From contig NC_047016.1 of the NCBI RefSeq assembly GCF_902652985.1, positions 38,502,001-38,566,000 on the forward strand: 64,000 nt of DNA. Reading direction: 5' to 3'. Position numbers and translations under genes: made by a program. The notes below the pieces were generated by a model, which worked only from the letters and a program-made list of their open reading frames with translations, was not told where the DNA came from and searched no databases. Of this stretch, positions 41,678-53,582 are shown piece by piece. Every line of letters begins with the position of its first letter. The first letter of the stretch is position 1. The DNA is from Pecten maximus (lineage: Eukaryota).

Positions 41678-43291
41678 TCATATTGAACCAGAGTTCGCAA
41701 TTGTTGACTGAGTGTTACCTGGCTGTGAAGTCGAAGAAATTGTAGACTTTAGCTTCTTACCGCACAATAAGACTTTGTAATAATTAAACACTCTTTTGTT
41801 TAAAACAAAGCTGACAAAAACAAACAAACCTTGACAGACGGTAGCTATTGTTACCAGGAAACTAAATACCGTTATAGGTAGTAATGTATCGATAATCAAT
41901 AAGATCCAGGTTATTCCAGTTATAGAAAATAACTTGATGTAAATCAAATGTTGATTTTTTCTTTCCTTTGTACTATCTACTTTTGGTGAATTTTTTATTT
42001 GTAAAGCAGTTCGAATGAAAAAATAAATGTTCGTGAAACAAACTATTAATACTGGAGCAAGAAATGAAAGATAGAATGATGTTCTGTTGTTTATAAAACA
42101 CCTTGATTTACCATAACCGATGTTATTATCTTCTGACGTAAGATACACAATGATGATATTGGTTGACACAATGGCAGCTGATAATCCGTATGAATACAAT
42201 ATGTAGAACGACATCCTCCTCTTCCAGCCCCACGCTGACAGCCTTCCCGCGATGATGTCACCAGCGAACACGCTGTACATATGATACGAACACGCGCTCA
42301 TACAGCCAAACGTCGATAGCCAGAAAATGTGTATAAAGACACCGAGAACCGTGCATAATGTTGGCGAGGATGTCATATAAAAGCCGCACTGGAAAAGCAA
42401 CTGGGCAAAGAACATGGCGAACACCAGACTCATATTGTTCATTCCTGGTAAAGAACGCATGGTCGGGAATAAGCAATATGTTATAAACGTTATCAGGAGG
42501 CATACAAGAGATATCACATTGCAAACGAACGTAGTGATTTTAAGAGGAGCATACAAAGGTGGTTCACTAAACCTTGCCGCAATGGAACCGTTGAACATCT
42601 CCTGGAAATTGTAAAGACAAATTCGAACTTTTTTGTCGATCAACAGAAATTCATCCTGATGAAGCTTTCTAGTTGATTTGGACAGTGATATTTCAAAGGT
42701 TGATTCTTCTACTTCAAATTCATCCTGATCTAATTCCACTTGACGACAGAGAAGAAGTGGTGATACCAGTGCCGGCTGATAGTTATTGTGAAGATTGAAT
42801 GTCGTATGTTCTATTGTTTTACTGTAACAATGGCTCATGAAACCAACTGTATTCACGAGTGCTGGTAACATAAATGCTTCAGAGGACAATGAGGATTTCC
42901 AAGCAACATTATGAAAAATAAAAGTCCTATTGCTCAAATTCAGTAATGCTTCTTCAGTTGAAAGTCTGTCAACATAATTCCTTATGAGAAACATCGTGTG
43001 TACCATAAATATTACTTCTCCGGTCTCACTTGAAATAATATCGTCACACTTCATGTTTACCATGATGTGAAATGAATCGAACGAGATTCCACGAATCTTT
43101 TGCGTTATTTCACCTTTGACCTGCCTCATAACTGGTTCCAAGAGATCACGTGCTCTACCTGGTAAAGTAAGGTTACTTTCCAACTTAAATGCCATTGTGT
43201 ATCGGAGATTGGTAGTTTTTGTCAGCAAGGGTTTGCATGTCTTATTTGTAAGAACTTTTCCTGGATAGCAAGTCAGCCGGCGAGTTTTATT
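41678..43291 (-). CDS. Last coding exon of a secretin/adhesion-class (7tm_2, Mth/latrophilin-like) GPCR: stalk + 7TM + C-tail
   Basis: Acceptor TTTTATTATTTACAG|AAT at 43292/43291, phase 0, in frame with the 516-aa ORF. Seven hydrophobic helices with family motifs (SLVCLLITFITYC, CTVLGVFIHIFWLS, YGKSRCFI, KLFSITGITW, CQGLFVFVSF). AATAAA on the minus strand at 41312-41307. Confidence 0.9.
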   Translation of the reverse strand, partial: NKTRRLTCYPGKVLTNKTCKPLLTKTTNLRYTMAFKLESNLTLPGRARDLLEPVMRQVKGEITQKIRGISFDSFHIMVNMKCDDIISSETGEVIFMVHTMFLIRNYVDRLSTEEALLNLSNRTFIFHNVAWKSSLSSEAFMLPALVNTVGFMSHCYSKTIEHTTFNLHNNYQPALVSPLLLCRQVELDQDEFEVEESTFEISLSKSTRKLHQDEFLLIDKKVRICLYNFQEMFNGSIAARFSEPPLYAPLKITTFVCNVISLVCLLITFITYCLFPTMRSLPGMNNMSLVFAMFFAQLLFQCGFYMTSSPTLCTVLGVFIHIFWLSTFGCMSACSYHMYSVFAGDIIAGRLSAWGWKRRMSFYILYSYGLSAAIVSTNIIIVYLTSEDNNIGYGKSRCFINNRTSFYLSFLAPVLIVCFTNIYFFIRTALQIKNSPKVDSTKERKNQHLIYIKLFSITGITWILLIIDTLLPITVFSFLVTIATVCQGLFVFVSFVLNKRVFNYYKVLLCGKKLKSTISSTSQPGNTQSTIANSGSI

Positions 43292-43709
43292 CTGTAAATA
43301 ATAAAACGGAGTATTGTTAGAATAAACGAATAGTGTACAAAGTCATGGTAATAATTAAGTTGAATTTTATATAAGTACAGAGTTTCATTAATACTGTGAA
43401 ACAATTCTTATGAATAATAATCATTACACATATTTAGTATAAAATATAAAAAAAAAAACACTATATCATATCATATAGCATGATGGAGAAACCAGAACAC
43501 TTGCAACAGGATAATAATTAAATTTTGTATGAAACACGCATTTTCATTGGCTGAAATAATTTTGTTATACCTCCATAACAAAATTTTTGACGTTGCGAAA
43601 TGTAACGTCATTTTTGATTGGCTGATGACGTTGCGTAATAATTTATCACAGAAAAGAGTTCGCCAAAGAAAGTGAAATATCTTGGTGTGTATAAGACGAA
43701 ATTAAATTA

Positions 43710-43875
43710 TAAGAATTAACATTAATTATTTTTTCTGTTATACAGTCATAACATAAAAAAACTGGAGTGTACTCTCTTCATAAACCGCTTCGCGAAGCGG
43801 TTTATGAAGAGAGTACACTCCAGTTTTTTTATGTTATGACTGTATAACAGAAAAAATAATTGATGTTAATCCTTA
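43710..43875. repeat. Long loop-less palindrome (138 bp perfect, 166 bp with 2 mismatches) in the GPCR intron, probably part of a non-autonomous DNA element
   Basis: Arms 43724-43792 and 43793-43861 are exact reverse complements, centred on CGCTTCG|CGAAGCG. Confidence 0.9.
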
Positions 43876-44050
43876 AATAGTATACGGACTTGTTCCGCTG
43901 TGCCAGATGTTAAAGCAGTTTAAGTATATTTCATTAACATTCAACTATATCATTTTTTTCTGAAAACTATACAAGAATATTGAAAAGGATGTAATGTTTG
44001 ACAATCTTTGACGACAAATATGTCGTGCTTTTAGATGTCAAACCTTTAGG

Positions 44051-44185
44051 CCCTTAACACCAATGACAAGTCCTAAAAGGATGAAACAGCTGTATGGTGC
44101 AGTCTAATTCATTGCTTGCTCTAGTGTATCTCTGAATTTCTGTTGGAAATGCTAATATCTTGTGTATCTTTTGAACATTCTTTAT
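44051..44185 (+). mobile_element. Dispersed relic of the hammerhead-bearing repeat; core mutated
   Basis: CACCA-ATGACAA-GTCC-TAAAA-GGAT-GAAA-CAGCTG-TA-TGGTG; stems I-III still pair. Confidence 0.65.
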
Positions 44186-44550
44186 TTAGTATGTATTATG
44201 GATGTGATTGACATTTTTATTAATTGAAATTCCGTATTTTTTTTCCCAATTGGACCCCCCTGATAACGACGATTCCTCTTAGCACAAGAATTGCTCTACA
44301 ATCATGACTGTTTGAATTTGAAAAAAAAATGTAAGAAATTGTTTGTAGGCAATATTTGTAATATTCAGAATATCTGATAGCAGAGTATAGAAGGATTTAT
44401 ATTCTTCATGCCTGCTAATTGATAAAATTTGAACGTATTTATTGACATTTATATAAAAGTCACCTGCCTGATTGACCAAGTTAATGAAGCAGATGTCTGA
44501 GCCTACACTAGAATACGTCTTCATATTGCATTGAACGATTATGTACTTAC

Positions 44551-46856
44551 GTTTACCGTGTTGTAAATTTCCTCGTCGTTCATAAATGTGAGTATCTGTA
44601 TTTCAGATTTTACCGAAAATGGTTCATGATGACTTTCCGAAAACATGTCCCGAACTAGACTAAAATCCGGAAACGGTAAAGGTTGGACATCTCTGCCACT
44701 AGCTATTCTGGGATGCCACTGAGGCGGTAGCATAATCGTCGTGTTAATGTTGGAGCAGAGTGAGCAGAAGATGTTTTTATAGGGTTCGAACTCAGGGACC
44801 ATGGGTAAATTTTCGCACAAATCGATTATGCTTTCTCCATAATATTGTTGTTCTGGTGGTACTGAACACGTGCCAGTGGAACTGCTAGGTTTTGAAGGAG
44901 GATTGCAGATATAACAAAATACATTTTTGTACTGGTGACGATAAGGCGGGAGGAATTTACCAATGCCCTCACAGGCTGATTGCACATCCGGGTCATAATT
45001 CATCCATTGGCCGGTTATGTTGCACTTGTTTATAAGATGAGAAGTACGAATATTGCCACAATACATCTTACTCATTGTAGTAGTGCCACTGTTTCTCTGT
45101 CTTGGAAAGATTCTCACTGCACAGTCCATGGATTTAGCTGTTTTTATAACGTCGTTTAACATAACGTGAAAATTTGCATTTATCTCAGATTGACATTTGA
45201 TTTCAACATGCCATGGTGTTATTTCTCTTTGTTGTTTTCTCGAGAGTTTAAATTGCACCACATACAGTCAAAATTCTTGTAGATCATTTTTTCATGCGTC
45301 ACAGGAAGTGTACCAAATATGTCGTCTGCTGCTATTCCACATCGTAACTGTGACTGATCGTTAACGCCATCTACATTAGACTGTCCACACTTGTTCACGG
45401 CGCCGTATGGTTCAGAATAACGCTGTTCTACCGAAGACGACTCAACCAGAATATCACTGAAGCAAGAAGTAGGGGCTTTCAGCAATACGTCCAAACAACA
45501 AAATGGAGGTTTATGTCGAAAAAGACATGTCTTCAAATCACAAGAACAGGGCTGCATCAGATAGAATGTGTACGTACTTTGGCAGTAAGGTCCTACCCCA
45601 TCAACAGCATAATGATACGACTGTAGCTTAGTGGTGTTCCAAGCTTTCTGAAACAGAGGCAGGGGTTTATGGATTTTACTCAAGAGCATCCTTGTCTTTG
45701 ATTTCTCTAAAACTGCGTGATAAAAATCAAGATTATAACCGATGACAGAAAAATAATACGTATATAATCTATCAACGTTCTCCACCGTGGTTATAGACAC
45801 ATCAAAATAATGATTATGGTTCGTATTGTTTCTGTTACAAAGAAAACAAAAGACGTTCTTATAAGGTTGAGTATTCGGCGTCCAGTCCAGACTGTCACAG
45901 TTCCTTTCTATGGAGGCATCGTATGGCGACCATATGCCGGAAACATTACACGTAGATATAATTTCTTGCTCAACAAGATAGTCAGGGGGGTTGCAAATGA
46001 AGCAAAATATATTTCGATAGTTTTTATAACGAGGCATATCGTCGGTCGAACATGCTGATTCTATATCTTTGTCATAGTATGTCCATGTGCCAGTGACGTT
46101 ACACCATGTTTTTACTGGCTCGAATATTTTTACAGAAGGCTGTGAGGTTGTTCCGCGGCATGTACGCATGTCATTGCGATCTGTTTTATATTTCAACTGG
46201 CAACCCCTAGACTCTGCGGTATTGAAAATGGCTTCATAAGACGACAGGAAATTCAAATCAACAAAATCAAAGCACGAGATGTCAATATTCCACTCCGTAT
46301 AATTAGTTATTCCATTGCATTCGGCACAGAACTTATTACGAAAAGTGAAAGCATATTTGGCTGAGGTTACTGGAGGAAAATGTAAAGATTTGATATCCGT
46401 ATAATCCTTTGTGCATTTGTCTTTGAGGTCTTCCGATGATTTTTCATGACAATCTGCGATGATGTAATGATTTGACGCTTTGTTGGATCTGCCATGAAGA
46501 AGCGAGGTTGTAACACATTCTTCTTCTGGCATCGAAAATACAACATCCGGACAACAGTCTTGGCGGGTGACACATTGCCTATCACATTTACACTCGGGAC
46601 ATAATTTTACTGTAGGATTGCTGTCTAATTCTGAAATGAAACTGTAGTGATGTTTATCACATATATATTGAGGGCCACATATTAGATAATATTCGTATAT
46701 CAAACTCGTCAGATTGTAAACCGGTCTTGTAGACGATTCCTGAATGTGGAGAGGTAGCTGGTCTGTTTTTTCCGGATCGGTACGTGATATTGATAAGACT
46801 ATTATATTCCTTGCCAAAATGATGTAAAGAACAAACTGTATCTCTTTACATGCCAT
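44551..46856 (-). CDS. First coding exon of the same GPCR: signal peptide + cysteine-rich repeated ectodomain; contains a -1 frameshift at ~45220-45255
   Basis: Acceptor TTTCTCTTTGCAG ends at 46893 and ATG is at 46856 (MACKEIQFVLYIILARNIIVLSIS). Somatomedin-B-like CKCDRQCVTRQDCCPD; repeated CNxxGxW..YD...C...YKNxFCxxCN. Donor AAC|GTAAGT at 44551/44550 is phase-compatible with the next exon. The repeat pattern continues across two overlapping ORFs (46898-45219 and 45261-44539). Confidence 0.8.
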
Positions 46857-49744
46857 TTCAATCTTTAGGAACCGTGCACTTAAATCCAAATCCTGCAAAG
46901 AGAAATGATAATGTTATTAGAAAAGGTATAATTCCCGAAATAAGAAGAGCCCACGAATCTAATTGTTAAATTAATTGTAATGAATTTTTCCGGGACACAT
47001 TGTCTTTTTCTCCTGGTACTTTTTCCAAGTGTCTCCATATAAATCTACATTTATGTTTGTATTTTGCCCCAGTTTTACTGATTTGGAGTTAGAATTACGA
47101 ATTCGTTTGCGTGTCATTATTCTCTGTTTGTGTTCAATGAAATTCGCAGTTTTTTCGATATTCAAAACATACACTACAGCTTACGTGGACTTTGCGGTTT
47201 CCACGCGTCCGTCACGGACGTGGGCAGCGCGGACCCCACTCGCCCACCGGATATGGCATTCCGCGACGTTCCGTCATATATCGTGGACATCAGCTGACTG
47301 ATACGGTATCCACTCGGCATCACGGTATGTGACGATCCGCGATTAGTGGTGGGCATAGTTCAACTCGAGACACCGTGTTCCACGACGATCCACGATACGT
47401 GGTGGACATGCATTTCATTTTAAAGCCCGTGGTCCATGTCGATCCGCGATATACAGTGGGTACAAGTTGTTTGCTGTTCATTTCTGATCTACACGAGTTA
47501 TATCCCTTCGTCTTTCGGTAGCGGTAGTGGTATCGGTATCGTTTATCAGAATTATGCGTGGTTCCATGTTGGCGGTGTAGATAAGCCTTTATGATTCGGA
47601 TGAAATTGAAGAACATTTCAAGTTTTATTTAAAGCTTTAGACCCTTGGTCCATCAATAACGTTATTATGGCCATATTATAAACATTAAAAAACAATCGCA
47701 ATATATTAAGCACCGTTAATATTTAATGTAACTTAACATAAGCTGTTTCATCCATCCAGCATTCTCCATTGACGTATTCACGTTTTTAAAAAATATTCAT
47801 TTATTTTAGAAATATTGCATTCATTACACGACATTGAATTGGGAAAATAGAAAATATCACTGCGACAGAAGAACAGCTTTACCAAATATCATCAAAATAT
47901 CTAAACTTCGGCATTTGAATCCTTATTCCGTTATCTTTTAAACATCGGTGTTATCATGTTATCAGGCTCCGACCATATTAAAATATGCGGAATATCGAAT
48001 GTTGTGACAACTAGTTGTATATTTATTCTAAAGTGTACACACAAAAGAGCTGTAAATAACTGCCTATCTGGGTATCTTGTAAACATGTAATATCGTTAAT
48101 GTGGTATCTAAACGTAAAACACAAAAATGAATTAAACATTACATTATTGCATCAAAAGCAGAATGGATTCAGACTGTAATTAAAACATTACTACGGCCCT
48201 TTCTGCAATATAATTTACATGTACAATGTTTATATACATTCCCTAAATGTACCGATTTATGATAACCATTTAATGTCTTTATATTTATTATGTATATTGA
48301 GTGCTTTGCATTCAGGTCCAATTATGGTTTCTGTTTCTATCACCACTGTGATTTCAATGATTTGTATTCAATCATATTTTAAGTCATAAAACACTTTTTA
48401 TGCGGTGTTTTGCATAAGCATGGCAGCCATAACCGCTGATTTTCTCGGCAGCTCGTCACACGCAGATGATTCTATTTTAGCTGTCTGTCAATCAAATGGG
48501 GTATCTGACGGCATCCGTGAGTTTCATTGGTTAGTGAGAATGATTGACAAGACACTAAAGCTTGTTACACTCCAGTGATCTCTGACTCTGTCAATCAAAC
48601 ACTGTAGAAAGGCGTCCGTTAATTCCATTGGTTGGTGAGAATGATCGACAAGTCAGCGTACGTGCACATGTTTTGTCGTCAGCTGTAATAGCAGACGTAA
48701 AACCCGTTAAATAGATATTGAGAAATATTATCAAAAACTGTATCGATACATACCGTCAAAACTGATTATCTACCGGTTCTAATAGCCTATATAGGGATAT
48801 ATTCCGCACAGTGACCTCACGTGTGAGGTTCGCCCAGAGACCGTATTTGAGTCATTGCATTAATAGTCTATTAAAAGTTTATTCTAGAGATGCTAATATT
48901 TTAGGCAACGATGTTGCACGATTTGTGATATTCTGTTCCGACTCATCCACTCATCGGTTTTGGGTTACATTTCATTTGTTGGAGAGCTCGAGCTAAATTA
49001 TTGGAGATAGGAAAGTCTCAATGCACCGTCGATATCAGAGACGGGAATCGGTTGATCTGTGGAATAAACAATAAAAAAAGTCCTGTCCTAGGACTGGTCA
49101 TGATAATGTTATATGAATATCTACACGTAGAAACACGAACTGAGATACATCCGAGTCCGTTTTATAACCGACGAGTGGCCAACACCACAAAGGCCAGAGA
49201 CCGGCAAGCCGCGGTCACAGAGGCGTGTTAAGATAATAGCCCGGTAAATACCACATCTTACAGGTGTATCTCTAAACTTTAACATGTTGAATTTACCTGT
49301 AGGGCAGTTTGTTTTGATAATAATTATACAAAAGGACTCCCAATGCCAAGAAGTGGATCCTTAACTGTAGGTAAATTTAATTCATTTATTCCTTTGGCGT
49401 TTCAGCCAATCTGATTTTACAACATATACAAGGACATATACATTAGCAATACAAGATCGTGATATCACAGGTTCAACGGGATCAGACCGCTATTTAGGAA
49501 ATATATATAAACAAATGTAAACACGTGCCTGCAATTAATGCGAATAAGACAACGATAATGCAAATGTAACATTTGGTATAATGTTCTATTATTACGGGCC
49601 GTATACAACATGTCACCATTATATAATGTTCTGTTTTAACGGACGGTATATAACATGTAACTTCCCACTAAATATGTATTATAACGGGCCGTAAATCATA
49701 TGTAACATTTGAGCAATATTCTATTATAACGGGGCATATAAAAC

Positions 49745-50712
49745 GAGTGTAGGACAAAAGCCCCCCCCCCCCCCCCCCGGACATTAGCCCCCCCGGACAT
49801 TAGCCCCTAGGACAAAAGCCCCTCCGGACGAAAGCCCCCCCGGACATTAGCCCCCCCCCCCCCCCCCCGGACAAAAGCCCCTTCTTTATAAATTTAGCTG
49901 GTATACTTTATATAAATGTGTACTTTTGAAAAACAGAAACTATATATATATATTGTTGTTTTTATCTCTGAAATTTGGAGAATAATTGTGTGGAAAATGA
50001 AGGTCCTTGGTTCAATGTCAGTGTAGCATTATATGTCTGTGGTTAAACATCATAATTTATTTTTTCAAACTTTATATTATTAAGTAAGCTAAAAATTTCA
50101 GGAGAGTTCTCCATGATGAACAAATTGTTACTGATTACACATAATTTTTGACTTCCTAATATACTGCAAATATTGATAATCAAAGAAATGTCTACAAAAG
50201 CAATAAACATTTGATCCCTATTTGCAGTGTCTCAAATTATAATATAATAAGTACATAATGTACCTAACCAAACATGTTGCTCTGTGTTGTAATACGTTTA
50301 ATTTTAGGAATACAATGTAATTAAAATCAAAGAAACAATGAAGCCATTAATGGTATATTTCTTTCCAGGAAAATACAATATCAATGAAAAACCTACCAAA
50401 CACATGTGTAACAGCTTATTGTTTATGTAACAGTTCAAGTAGTTGTTTTTCGAACTGGTTGTTTACATTGCAGAAGCAACTGGTGACTGAAGTCACTTAC
50501 ATATATATGTAGCACTTAATATAACCACTGCTAAAACATATATTGTAATTTAAAAATAAATAAATAAATAAAAACATAAAAAAAAAAAATATATATAATA
50601 TTTTTTTTATGAAGGGGCTTTTGTCCACTTTTTGATTAGTGTAAAGGGGCTAATGTCCGGGGGGGCTTTTGTCCTAGGGGCTAATGTCCGGGGGGGCTTT
50701 TGTCCGTACCTC
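49745..50712. mobile_element. 968-bp non-autonomous Mutator-like (MULE) element
   Basis: GAG...CTC termini, inverted subterminal GGACAAAAGCCCC/GGACATTAGCCCC arrays, perfect 9-bp TSD ATATAAAAC (49736-49744, 50713-50721). Confidence 0.82.
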
Positions 50713-51250
50713 ATATAAAACATGTAACATCTCACTAAATGTCTATTAAAACGGGCCATATATAACATGTAACATTTATATAACGTTCTATTTAGTGTTA
50801 TAACGGCACGTATATAACATGTCACAATTATATAATGTTCTGTGTTAACGGGCTGTATATAACATGTAACTTCTTACTAATTTTCTTTTATAATGGACCG
50901 CATATGGCATATGGCATTTGTATAATGTTCTATTATAAACGGGCGATATATAACATGTAACTTCTTACTAATTTTCTATTATACGGGCCGTATATAACAT
51001 GTCACAATATATAATGTTCTGTTTTAACGGGCCGTATATAACATGTGATGCTGATGTAACCTCTTACTAATTTTCTATTATATCGGGCAGTATACAGCAT
51101 GTAACATTTGAATAATGTTCTATCATTAACGGGCCGTATACAACATGTAACATCTCACTAATTTTCTATTAAAACGGGCCCTATATAACAGGTCACAATT
51201 ACTTGATGTTCTATTTTAACGGGCCGTTTATAACATGTAACTTCTTACTA

Positions 51251-52437
51251 CGAACCTCACCTTACGACCACCTCAAAATTACGACCACCCCGCTATTACG
51301 GGCACTTTTTATCAGTCCCGATTTTTTTTCTATATATATCTTTGTATTGGTCGCTTCACTATTACGACCACTTTGCTATTCCGTATTACGACCACCTTGG
51401 GCAGTGCCAACGAATACTAATTAACACTTATTACCCCCACAATTACGACCAGTTGGTCATGTCTAAAAAATTACCTGGTGTGTAGCGAACCGTGAACAGC
51501 TTACGGTAATGCGTGTCAAACTGGCCATTGACGTGTGTATACGTAATTATCGATCTTTTGTTTACTGACCAGTGTATCGACAGGTGAGTAGAATGGCTAT
51601 TAATCTCCTTGAAATCTTCGCACTGACCGGAAGGTAAAATAAACATCCAGTCTTTCATTGTTCGTAACAAGCCAACATGTGCCGGGTTTTAGTTTGTAGT
51701 CCTTTGTTTACCGTTACGGATGATCGCCCTTCCTTGGTGGCGCTGTGACGGATTAAATACACAAGTGATCAGATTATCTATCTTGCCTTGAAAATTGTAA
51801 TAACCGTACATTTACTTATTAATTATGGTATTCAAATAATTGATTTGTGGCTGTTGGTCGTTTTAAGACCCGATTACATACAAGCGAGTAAAATAAACAT
51901 AGTAACGTTTGATTTTTTTTTCTGGTTTTTTCAGCGATCTCGATGTTTTTGTATCAATGCCGAATAGGGTCTGTAGATAGATGTTATTATAATTTGAAAA
52001 AAAAAAACATGTTTGGTTTCAAATATTTCGCTAGAATTACGCTATTCTTTCTAACTTCATTTCTTTTTTCGCTCATGATGGCCACATCACGTCAACGTAA
52101 CGAGTTATCACTAAAAAAGAAAATTGACAACGACAACTTGTTGAACAGTTTGGGGTCGGCAAAACACAGGTCAGAGCATCTTGAAAAGAAAGACAGAAAT
52201 TTTAGAAGGTAATGAAGAAAATAAAGGAAATGATAGACAAAAACAGTTGTCTTTGTTTTTATTTAAAGTTAAGACTATGGCATGTATTTAGCCAAATCTA
52301 TACAACTTGCACCTGAGTTCAGTCAATTAAGAGTTACGGTTCCTGATGGTCTAGCTCAAATTGGTCCACCTCGGCACTTTGACCCGGACCCCCAGGTGTT
52401 CTTAATGACTATTTTTCTTAATAGTGAGGTTTCACTG
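51251..52437. mobile_element. ~1.2-kb non-autonomous Tc1/mariner(pogo)-type element
   Basis: Right end ...TAATAGTGAGGTTTCACTG|TA; damaged left end TA|CGAACCTCAC with TTACGACCAC subrepeats. Removing it restores the satellite unit CTTCTTACTA|ATTTTC. Confidence 0.72.
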
Positions 52438-53582
52438 TAATTTTCTTTTATAACGGGCCGTATACAACATGTAACATCTCACTGAATGTCTATTATAACG
52501 GGCCATATATAACATGTAACATTTTTATAATGTTCTATTTTTCTGCTTGAACGGACCGTTTATAACATGCTAATTTGCTATTGTAACGGGCCGTATACAC
52601 CATGATACATCTTACTGATTTTCTTTTGTAACGAGTCGCATATAACATTTAACTTCTTACTAATTTTCTACTATACTGGTGTAATGGGCCGTATACAACA
52701 TGTAACATTTGAATAATGTTCTATTTCAACGGGCCTATATAACATGTAACTTACTACTTTTCTTTTATTACGGGCCGTATACAACATATATAACGTGTAA
52801 CGACTTACATCACCCTGTTCATAGCCTTTATTACGAGGACACGGGTTTCGTTGCATGGGTATGTGAATGTTCAAACTTAGGCTAATTATTTTATTTGTGA
52901 TACGAATGTTTATTGTTTTAACTCAACGGAATTTAAATGTAAATAATGTGTTTAATTTAAAAATGAATCCCTACAGTAAAAAGAAATTTTTAACAAAACT
53001 CAAGCTAAATATACGTACAACCTGTAAAAGCATATATTCGGAACATTTTTGACGTGCACGGAAACCATACGTGTCAACTCACCAGCAGTTATAGGCGGGT
53101 TCCGATTAGAACACCCGACAGAACAGATACCTGTCGTGCTGTGACAGGCGTGACGACCGTGTCGACCGTAATTTCACACCTGATTATTGTTAAATGGTAT
53201 ACTAACCCACTCACAGTCGAGTACACTTTTATGTATATATGATTTGTAATCAGTTAAGTTAAATAATATCAAGAAAAATATCAGTGATAGTTCGTCATGT
53301 TGATAAGGGTTATCGGATTGTAGTAAATGGTCTGATGTGATTTTGTTTCGCATTTTCAATCATTTAAAACAGTAAAATATCTACGTTGTTGTACTATAGC
53401 TGTCTTCTGCAAATTTGGTTTATGAAAATGGTATGCAAAATTATTAATAAGGAATGAAATGAGATGAATACAAAGTTCGTGTAAAATAGAGGTAAAGATC
53501 ATGTAATGTCGGAGAATACAGATAAGATACAGGTAATTTTGGAGAACTTTGGAGAACACAGGTAAAATCCAGGTAAGGTATA

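Larger units (their letters stand above)
49560..52800. repeat. Diverged ~45-bp satellite (core AACGGGCCGTATA[T/C]AACATGTAAC) inside the CACTA element, split by two insertions
   Basis: Units at 49560-49744, 50713-51250 and 52438-52800. Confidence 0.85.

Noticed and set aside
28174-46585. Short ORFs antisense to or overlapping the TMEM121-like, Tx1 and GPCR frames
   Set aside because: Shadow ORFs of real coding sequence with no independent features.
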